Origin: Octopus sinensis
Lineage: Eukaryota
Direction of reading: 5' to 3'
Length of the DNA: 64,000 bases
Assembly (NCBI RefSeq): GCF_006345805.1
Contig: NC_043006.1
Location: 25,048,001 to 25,112,000, forward strand
In this document: piece after piece, positions 1 through 10,243 of the stretch
Layout of the letters: each line of letters opens with the position of its first letter
Numbering within the stretch: the stretch's first letter is position 1
The notes under the pieces: generated by a model
The model's database searches: none
Told to the model about the DNA's origin: nothing
Seen by the model: the letters and a program-made list of their open reading frames with translations, nothing else
Position numbers and translations under genes: made by a program

Positions 1-1429
1 AAATGAGTAAATATAATTTTTAGTCTAATATATTTTGAATTATTATATTTTTTCTAAAAAATCTTCTCTATTGGTGAACAAACTACATATACTTTACCAT
101 AGTATTGGTAATTAAAACCTTTTTATTCTTTTTCTATGGTGTTCTGCCCTTGATTATTTTATTTTATTTTATAATTAGCCTTTATTTATAAAATTATTCT
201 GAGTTTTGTATCTCTATAAATTCATACTTGGCTTATATAAAACACTACTTATAAGAAAACTGCTTAGATTAAAATTTTATTAATATATAATTAGCATGTT
301 CTTTTACCTCAATACTCCTTTATTAATACCAGTAAATATCATTTAATCAATATTCACAAATACCATCTGATGAGTATTTAAGTATACAAAATGTATAAAT
401 ATTAAACTATTTCTATATAATTTCTTTTCCTCCCCCTATTGTGGTAAAAGTTTGATATATACCCAAAAGTATTCATAAATTTCTATCCTTTTGTTACAAT
501 ATTCTTCTTAATAATCTTTTGAATAACCCTAAACTTCAACTGTATACAATATAGTAATATTGTTTTAAAGTATTTAACTATAAAAAAAATATTATTTTAA
601 CCCCCCCCCCCGTTTCATTATTAATAGTCTTCTAGTGGGCAACCACTTAATTATCAGCTAACATCTTGTTTTAAGTTTTCCCCTACTAAACCTCATGACA
701 TTGCTTCTTATAAATCTTAATTTTTATGACTATACCATCTAAAATGTCTGTCTACTGCCTCAACCCTTACCCCAAACAAATACTGCCCTCTGTTTCACTC
801 AGTCTATAAATTAAAACTGACCCCATTAAAAGAAATTTAAAAAATAAAAATAAATTAAAAATTTAAAAAATACAAAAAACAGTGACAGGCAGTGTCTCCT
901 TGAAAGTTTTAGTTACGATCATACTGTTGTAAGTACATGTTTTTGTCTATCTCCTTAACTTCTTGGAAATTTTAGATATAATTATACTAATGTGTCCATC
1001 TGTTCTAATTTGATTAAATTATATGTCTTTGTGCACCTGAAGATTACTCTACATTTTAGATTGATGTAATGATTGCATTGTTCAATTAAATGGAGTTGCA
1101 TGAAACGATCGTGCTGCATTACCTCTGGATATCCTTGTTGCTTATTTTGATTTTAATCACTTTATTTTGAAATTGTATGGATAATACCATACTAAATTCT
1201 GGTGCATCAACTTAAGTAACATATTCATCTGAATCTAAATTTATATATATTGTCACTCTAAGAATATTTCCACAAATTTTTATATTCTCACAGAAAATTT
1301 TAATATATTTATTAAACATATTGTATTTTGATTTTTGTATATATTTTATTTTATGTACACACTTCAATGGAGCTTATAATTACAATCTAATCTACCTTGA
1401 AATTTTATCCACCCCTCAAAGCCACATTT

Positions 1430-1829
1430 TATTCTTTTACTTATTCCATTCATTTGACTGTAGCCATGCTGGAGCACCACTTTGAAGGGTTTATAGTCAA
1501 ACAAATCAACCCTAGGACTTATTCCTTAAGCCTAGTACTTATTCTATTAGTCACTCCTACTGAACTGCCAAGTTACAGAGACGTAAACTCACAACACAGG
1601 ATGTCATGCAGTGATTGGGTGGGGGGACAAACACAGACACAATGACACACACACAGATATATACATACATATATATATATACAACAGGCTTCTTTCAGTT
1701 TCTGCCTACCAAATCCACTCACAAGGCTTTGGTCAGCTTGAGGCTGCCCAAGGTGCCATGCAGTGGAACTGAAACTGGAACTATGTGGTTGGGAAGCAAA
1801 CTTCTTACCACACAGCTACATCTGCACCT
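1430..1829 (-). mobile_element. tRNA-derived SINE (family A, CORE-like middle)
   Basis: Reverse complement of the copies at 18005, 32227 and 54186. Confidence 0.85.
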
Positions 1830-4670
1830 ATAGCAAGCTTCATACCACACAGCCACACTTGCATCTATGTTTGAATATTTTGTTCTAAGAATTGTTTAGT
1901 CGCCTTTATTAGTATTTATATTATGTTAATAACATTGAATTTACTGATGTAATTTTTCATTTTACTCCTATTTTATCATCTATATTGTCATTCAATTTGA
2001 AGCTCTTATCCTTCTTCCTAAGAGAGAGCTGATAATCGTCATGATGATCTTGTATCTGGGGGATTCTTGGATTGGCCCTAGTTGGGGATCCTGTATGAAG
2101 AGAGTTATATCTTCATCTTCATCTTTATCATCATTATCATCACATATTTATATATTATGTATACTTTTCACCTCATTTGTTTTTTCCTTCACTTTTTTTG
2201 TATAAACCCTAGCATTTTATGTAACCCATCTTTGACATACCCTCGTCATTAAATGCTCCTGTGGCAAATAATAAAAATCATTATTATTATTATTACTGAG
2301 TGGAGCAGATAGCAGAATCAAGTAAAAATAAAGAGTCAACATTGCCTTTCATCCCTCTCTAAAGTCTATAAGGACAATACATATACTAATCTTAATTTAA
2401 TAAACTATATCAACCCTTCACCAATTCCTTTAAATTATGGACTTGTGTGTCAAAGTTACAAATCTTGATTATTAGTGCAGTAGAAACAGTAGTGTAATTG
2501 ACTAAAAGCTGGTCGACCAACCTTCCCTACAGATATCAATTGCATTGATCTTACTGATTTAAGAAGGGTCTGCAAAAGTTATGGACACTGTGTTTCCCTC
2601 TCCAACTAAATAATAATATTGATTTTCTTGCATTGGTGTAAGGTCACAAATTTAGAAAGAATGGTGTAGTCAGTTGCCTGACTGTTTACTTGTTTAAATC
2701 TCCGAAAGATGAAACACAGTCAATTCTGGTAGGATTTTGAACTCAGAAGGAAAAGTGATATTACTATTGTGAAACAGTTTGTCTAGTGCTCTACCAATTC
2801 TGACATCCACCACCCCAATAATAAAATGGATAATCAGGCCAAAACAGCAATAGCTTGACCTGCTAGAAATAAGGGCTAAATTTCACTCAGACCACAGACT
2901 ACCATTTTAAAAAAGAAGGATACAAATTTGATGGCTGAAAGAAAAAAGATGGGACGGTCATGGCTGAAATGCCTGCTGAATCCGGGCTGGCCTTTGGTTA
3001 AATAGCAGAATCAGTAGTAAGCATAATAGCCAAAGAGGGAGCTTCTATATAGTTGTTCAACTTGTTGAGAATTGTAGGCAAATCTCCATCAAATCATATG
3101 CTAGTACTGGGGATAATGTAGAAATTATGGCTTAAAAACAAACGATATGATTAAGTTATGAATGACTCTGGTCACTGGCTGTTCTGTCAAATCTAACCTA
3201 AGAGTTAAGCAACTCAAGAAGTTAAAATTTTTCTCAAACTACTTAGAGAATTTGAGACTGTCACTAATCTACTCAATTTAACAATAACTTCTCCTTCAAA
3301 TATCTTCCTATTACCACTAATTTAGGAACCACAAGGGCTATATATGTATGCTCCCATCAAAAGCTGCACAGCTACAATCAGAACACTGTTCAAATCATAA
3401 AGTGCAACTCAAGCAATACCAGATAATGCATGCCCTTAACACAATGTGCACGCTTTATTTATTTTTTAAAATTTGCATGACCAATACTGATTATGCATGA
3501 GTCCATGCATAATCAGTAATACTCAGCAGCCAGTACTAGTACCAGCTTTACTGTTTTAAAACAAATCATGCATAGTTCTTTTACATGACAAATCAATATA
3601 AATCTAGTTTAAAAGAATTCTTTTAAACTAGATTTATTAAATTTGACAAATTGTAACTGACTAAACCATAGATTTTATTATCTATAATAGATTTTTTTGT
3701 ATAATAATGTTATTGATCTTATTTGGAAACAATATAACTTCTACATTTGTCCACAATGAAATACTGTAAATATATGCATTCATGTATCTATCTGTAGATA
3801 TTCTTCCTGTTGAATTTTTCATATTGTTATTAGGTTCATTTAAATTGGAATCAATTTCATACATTGAATATTGTCAAGGCAGCTCTACTCATGTCCTTGA
3901 AGCTATTAATTATAGGACCATTGCAAAACTGACCTTGGCTATCATGGCAACCTCATTAATTTTTAGAATCCTGTAGATATTATTTTATATCAGTGATCTC
4001 ATTGAATGAACATATTTGACTCCTTGTCTTCAGCATGGATTTGAAGAAATTCTGTTTATATTATTTTGCCAACTCAATAGACAGTCACGTATTTACAAGA
4101 GATAATGCCTTCTTATGCAACAGTCAGTCTCATAAATAAATGAAACTGAGTATCTCATACCTTTATTTACATGAAGAAGTTCATACGCATCAAACAAAAT
4201 AACCTGCAAAGACTTACTTGTTGAATTATCATTCACATTTGAACTGCTATACTCATCTTGCAGCAATATTGAGCAAACAAGGCAAGTTCTACATGGCTGC
4301 TCCAGCTACAAGTGATAGCAACCAAATCTTCCTCAATCCCCAGTCATAAAAATGAACACATTGGATAATTCAGTTCTAGATAAGCAATGCCTGATATAAA
4401 AAAGAAAAGATTGATCATAGCTGGAATGCTTTTGACTATAACTCTGTTCAGTCAAGTCTAACCTGGGGGTAAACAGGAAAACCTAGGCAGTACATAATAT
4501 GTTATGCATGACTCCAGATGAAAATTATTCAGAACTTTAAAAATATTATATTTCTGTAAAACCTTTCTTAGTAGCTATATTTTCAAACTCTATATTTTAA
4601 AAATATCGCTATATTGAAAAGTAAATTGCTGCCAATTTTATTTACTTATTTATTTATTTATTTATTTATT

Positions 4671-4702
<32 letters not shown>

Positions 4703-5384
4703 TCTATCTATTTATTTATTAAGCTTACCATCGAATCTATCCTTGCACATCACTTGGTCCACTGAGCCAAATGCCTTCTACTGGAACTGAACAGCCTATA
4801 AGTTATGTGCAATACACTGGAGGGTCTATCAACCAACCTCATGCACAACCACCTTATCTGTCAAAAAATACCCGGTCACACCCTATGGCTTCTCAACAGC
4901 GCCCTCCACCACATATAAACCCTATTGAAACACGTTAGTAGCCTTCTTTTCTTCATGCTATCTTTCTTTCTTACCTGCATTATTTCACCTAGAGAATGGC
5001 TGAAACTGCTATAATTAAATATTTTTCATCATCATCATGACTTTTACATCTGCTTTATTTCATGCTAGCATGAGTTAGATGAGACTTATTTGAAGTATTT
5101 TACAGTTGGATGCCCTTCCTGACACCAACACTTGCTTGTTTTCATGATGCTGAGCTTCACAAAAGAGTTGACAAGAGACCACAATGACTGGCTAGAGAAC
5201 CTCCACATTCCCATGCAAGCGGGGCTCTTATACTTCCTTAACACCTTTTCCTCTTTCTCTTGTTATCTTGCCTCTACAAACACCACCTACTCATACACAG
5301 TGTATCCTGTTGCCTATATAATATTGTATAGTAGTGGATTTCCTATTCAATCCATCCCACCATCCTTATCAATCCTTTTTGTCT

Positions 5385-5525
5385 CTCCCTTTCTCTCTCC
5401 TTGTCTATCTCTCCTCTCTCTCCTTCTCTCTCTCCCTCTCTCTCCTTCTCTCTCCTTTTCCCTCCTTTCTCTCCCCCTCTCTCCTCCCCTCTCTCCCCTC
5501 TCTCCTTTTTCCTCCTCTCTCTCCC
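5385..5525. repeat. CT-rich low-complexity tract
   Basis: (CT)n/(CCT)n mosaic. Confidence 0.9.
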
Positions 5526-6525
5526 CCACTATCTATCTATGTGTCTGTCTGTTTGTCTGGCTATCCATCTATTTATCTATCTGTCTGCCTAACTATTTCT
5601 GTTTGTCTGTCCATCCATCAATCCTTCCTACTGTTTGTTTTCCATTATTCACTCTCAGTCCCTTCTGTTACTATCTCCTCTGTTATCCTCTCCAATAAAT
5701 TTGTTCCTCAAATCATACTTTTGCTTCTCTCACTATCTAAGCTCAGCTTATGACATTACCATCTTTGAATAATCGAGGGTTCCTTAGACTTGTAAGCTGC
5801 ATTGCAACCTCACTAGTACCGGTGCCAGGTTAAAATATACCCAGTTCAGTGTATAGCATTTTGGGAATCAAGTAGAGACAACAAAAGATCAAGGAGACAT
5901 CACAATTTCTCATACTAGTGCTATAAAATTCACTCAGTATACTCTGTAAAGGGGTTAGGCTCAGGAAAGACATCTAACTATAGAATCCATGTCAAAAGTG
6001 AAACATACAAATGGGATTTGGTCATTTCATTCATTTAACAAAATAGTAACTCTAAGTGACGTGGACTATGACAATATATTGAACTCATTCCCACTTGGAA
6101 AGCAGGCATGAAATGGTGACAATAATAATTATATGTATGTGAATGCACTTGTGTCCATGTGAGCATATATCTGTGTGTATAGTTGTCTAAGAATCAATGA
6201 GTCAGAAAATAAATAGATGTATTTGCTGATTTTACCAATGGTTCATACACAAGAGATTGGGAAAACTAATCAAGGTACACATTACAAGTGCTAGTAGACA
6301 TTGACTTTTTCCTATAGGAGGTCAGAAAGTGTAACATTCAGTTTACAGGTGTCATAGTATAGAAAATAGAATTTTAAAAAATCACAGAAGAAAACATTGC
6401 AAGAAAACTTTTGTTCATTAGAGTTATGTCCCTTGGATAGAAATCAGATCAGAAAGTGCCACCAGGTTGTATATAGATTAAATAATAGTATTTTAGTTTT
6501 CACTTAATGTATATTTTATATTTTG

Positions 6526-6579
<54 letters not shown>

Positions 6580-6707
6580 CGGGAAGCTTTATGAAAATAG
6601 ACAAAAGACGAAGGCAGGTTTACGGAAATAAACAAATGACGAAGGCAGGTGGAATACAAACAAACAATTGTATTAGTATGGCACTCAGGAAATATAAATA
6701 AAACAAG

Positions 6708-6745
6708 TCTTTAACGTTTCGAGCCTACGCTCTTCAACAGAAAGA
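6708..6745 (-). ncRNA. Hammerhead-like motif with variant core
   Basis: Minus strand TCTTT-CTGTTGA-A-GAGC-GTAG-GCTC-GAAACGTT-AAAGA. Stems I and II pair; the core has A6U and an extra A. Confidence 0.55.
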
Positions 6746-7026
6746 TACACAGAGAAGAAACACAGAAAGAAGGAGAGAAAAAAATATGCGTGCAGAAGCT
6801 AGCGAATCAACATGGCGATCTGATTTCAGCCAGAAGTCAAAGATCAAACATGAGACGCAAGAGCGAAATTAGGAGAGATAATAGGGTTGAATGACCTCGC
6901 TCATATATATATATATGTTTTATTGGTAAAAACGGTAAGATAACAAAAGAAAGAAAGAGACCTCAACATTATGTAAATAGAGGAAATTTATCTATAAAAT
7001 AATATGTTACAATTACTCAAAAGTCA

Positions 7027-7089
7027 AGATAAAACTCTGAGTTTCAGATGCCGAAGTGGAAATCCACAACACCATCTCTTCGGTTATCT
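7027..7089 (-). ncRNA. Hammerhead-like motif with CCGAAGA core
   Basis: Minus strand AGATAA-CCGAAGA-GATG..GTGGA-TT-TCCAC..CATC-T-GAAA-CTCAGAGT-T-TTATCT. All three stems pair; U4C variant. Confidence 0.5.
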
Positions 7090-7861
7090 GGCCATCTGAA
7101 AAAACGCTATGAAAAAATACCATTATATAAAGGGAAATTACTGTGTTATAATTCTGCTACTTATATAAAATAAGATTAAAATTTCATAGTAAAACACGTA
7201 AATATGGCTAGTCATATGCTCACATGTGCGCTCGCGGACCCACGTGCGTACTTATACGTCACTATGAAAACGTACACATCTTCACTAGCATTTTTCGCCA
7301 AATATATATGCATATATATACAAACTTATACACACACACACACATGCGTACTGTAAAAGTTCATACATACGTCTATATACACACAAGCACAAGAAAAACC
7401 ATGGTTAAAGGTAACAGAAAAAAACATAAGGAAGTATACAAAGCATAAAAACCACGTTCATATACGGACATGCCCTTATGCACTCATACAGACACATGCC
7501 CATATATGTACATACCCGCACATGTTTATATACGCATACATACACACGCATATATGAAAAATGAATATACATATGCCCCCCCCAAAAAAAAACCCTAAAA
7601 AAATGGAAAAATACTAAGTAAAAACGTCTATATATATGCATTCTTATGCCCGCACACATGCACACATCTAAAACTGCCCACTCATACATATTCACACACG
7701 TGTACAAATGAATCTATATACACGTCTATATAGGCACAGGAAAAAATGCAGGATAGAAAAGTACAGAAAAAATTATTATGTGTGAAAATATATAAAATAT
7801 ATGAAATAATAAAAAAAAAATAATAAAAAACTTTTTGGGACATAAATATAGAAAGCAAGTT

Positions 7862-8290
7862 CTATCTTTTTTCTTTAGGGGACCAAAAACGTAACAAAAA
7901 TTTTGTCACATGTGGGCATGATCCAAAAAGTTCTGTCCTTGAGTTTAGACATGTAGTAGGGTCTAAGCTGCTTTTCCAGATAAGCCATCTCTCCATGTCG
8001 CATAGACCACACTTTCCGCTGCCGTTGGTGTAGGGCTTACATTTGGCCAAAATCTTCCAATGGATGTTATAATCGACACCTTTATCTTTTAAAGACCAAA
8101 TATGATTAGATAATTTTGTCGCTTTTCTTTTGTTCCAGTGCCTAAAACTCAAGGTGTGGTTATTGAACCTGGCCTTGAAATTACCCTCTGTAAGGCCCAC
8201 GTATTTCCTCGTCGAAATGGTGTCTTTAGTGGTTATAGAGTTCACGGTAGCTTCATAGATGATGGTATCGGACATGCAAGCTCCATTTAT
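7862..8290 (-). mobile_element. Penelope-like element, 5'-truncated GIY-YIG endonuclease C-terminus
   Basis: ORF with IIYEA..YVGLTEGNFKARFNNH..SF, LSNHIWSLK, W.IL..CKPY, KCGLC..E and LN.RTELF.SCPH motifs. Preceded in frame by INGAC. Confidence 0.9.
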
Positions 8291-8506
8291 GTTTTAAATA
8301 TTTTAATTAATTGTATTTTGATTTTCTAGTAATGATATATCATAGTTTGTTATTCGTTTCTTATATAAGTTAAAATTTATTTTCATGGATATAGTAAATA
8401 TTTATACCTATTTATTCTAGTTTTATTTACACTAGAATATATTTAAGATATTTCGTGTTTTACCAGATTATATACATATATTTATTTATTTTATTGCTTT
8501 TATCTT

Positions 8507-8589
8507 GGACCTGAAGAGTGGCTATATATAAATTCAATTGATTTTACTATTATCAGGTTTTAAATATAGCCACGAAACACGTGTAGTCC
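8507..8589 (+). ncRNA. Type I hammerhead ribozyme (Penelope-associated minimal type)
   Basis: GGAC-CTGAAGA-GTGGCTATAT...ATATAGCCAC-GAAA-CACGTG-TA-GTCC. Full core, 10-bp stem II, palindromic stem III, GUA triplet and 4-bp stem I. Confidence 0.8.
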
Positions 8590-8878
8590 TTTTACCAATT
8601 ATATACTTTTTATTTATTATTTTGTACAGTACTTAATGATTAGTATATGTTTTTATCTTATATTTAATTTTTTTATATATGGTATAATTTAATTATTTCA
8701 TTGTTGAATTGATAAAAGGTGGGGTTTTTTTCTAATTTATATATATATATATAATATATATATATATATACTTCATTTAAAAGCGGCAGAAATATAACAA
8801 AAATTGTTACTCAGAGTTTCAAGGTCTGAGTAACAGCTTTTGTTATATTTCTGCTGCTTTTAAATAAAGCATATTACT

Positions 8879-9748
8879 CTACCTCTCGTATGCATGCTCT
8901 ATAACCGTGTTTACTAGGGGATTTTTAGAAAAAATAATGAAAAATAGTTCAGAATTACAGAGAAGAGAGAATTTCTTGCTTTTGTCATAAGGTAGCGAGA
9001 TTGAGAGAATCAACCATTCTAAATTAAATTGTTCATTGTGGTCTTTTAGATCCCAAATTAATTTACTGAGTCCAGTACTGTTACATTTATTCCTATCCCT
9101 AAATGTTGAGTAATGGATAGAAATTATTTTAGATAACTCTAATGACGTGCTTCCAATGTAAAATCGTACTTTATTACGAGTACTGATTATACACTGGTAT
9201 ATAGAATTTTTAATTTTAGAGTTACTTGACATAAACTTAATTCTGTTGCAATTGACTTCAGATACAATAACCTTGTTATTAATATTTCTAGAGGGATGGA
9301 TGGTATTAGCTAAATTAATGTTAGTATTAGTAAATGTATTAATATTTAACAGGTTGTTATTATGTGAAGGGATAATTTGTAAGAGTTTTTTTGTGTTGGA
9401 AAAACCAATCCTAACCGAATGTGAATTGATAATAGAGTAATACCTAGAATTCTTTGGAAAATTCCTAACAATAGCTTGACGAAATTGCAATGGGAGATTA
9501 GATTTAATTTGTCTCCTGTATGGAATAATTAACCAAATATTTTTACTACTATTTATCTTATTTTTAGTAATTGCATAAATACATACAGATAAATTAAGAA
9601 ATCCAAGCTGATGAGATAACAGTTCACAATAATTCAAAAGGGAGTCCTCAAATGAATCCAATAAATAGAAAGAATCGTACAGCCATTTCCAGGAATGTGT
9701 GAAGAAGTGTGTAGGTAAAATCTTTTGAACTTCAGTAATTTCCTTCAT
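8879..9748 (-). mobile_element. Divergent Penelope-like thumb/linker plus GIY-YIG ORF (289 aa), no RT core
   Basis: KNIWLIIPY..FPKNSRYYSIINSHSVRIGFS..SHNN linker, then SIY..FYIGST, STGLSKLIWDLK, W.IL and PY..LC..E motifs. Confidence 0.82.
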
Positions 9749-9966
9749 CAGAGAATATGTACAGATTTGGAATTTTTAAACAAAATCATAAAATTATTCA
9801 TGGGATTGTAAAAATATGTTTAAGAATACACAGTATAAAAATTTCATAAATTCCAGGATTCCATGTCGTTGGGCAAATGTTCATAGTGTAGAACTGTTCT
9901 ACACTATGTGTCTGCTTTGATGAGGAGTATTATTGACCTTAGATCTTGTCTCTTTCATATTAATGC

Positions 9967-9970
<4 letters not shown>

Positions 9971-10029
<59 letters not shown>

Positions 10030-10059
10030 CATATCTATATATATATATATAAAAACATA

Positions 10060-10135
<76 letters not shown>
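9971..10135. repeat. (TA)n microsatellite with duplicated aaaacatatc interruption
   Basis: Seen directly. Similar long (TA)n tracts occur at 6528, 22856, 23157, 29330 and 36000. Confidence 0.95.
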
Positions 10136-10139
<4 letters not shown>

Positions 10140-10200
10140 TATGGACTTATAGCGGTATGTAATCTGACTCAAGAAATCTCTAGTGAGACTTTTTATTGAT

Positions 10201-10243
10201 GTACCTGAAGAGACCCAGAATGGGTCAAAACATGCATTGGACC
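10201..10243 (+). ncRNA. Degenerate hammerhead ribozyme
   Basis: CTGAAGA-GACCCA-GAA-TGGGTC-AAAAC-ATGCATT-GGACC followed by AATAAA. G12 and G16.2 are replaced by A. Confidence 0.5.

Noticed and set aside
913-928. Possible 16-nt microexon (ttttag...gtaagt)
   Set aside because: Not a multiple of 3, A-rich upstream with no pyrimidine tract, and no homology support.
5132-5753. Overlapping ORFs of 188/139 aa
   Set aside because: Produced by CT-rich low-complexity sequence.
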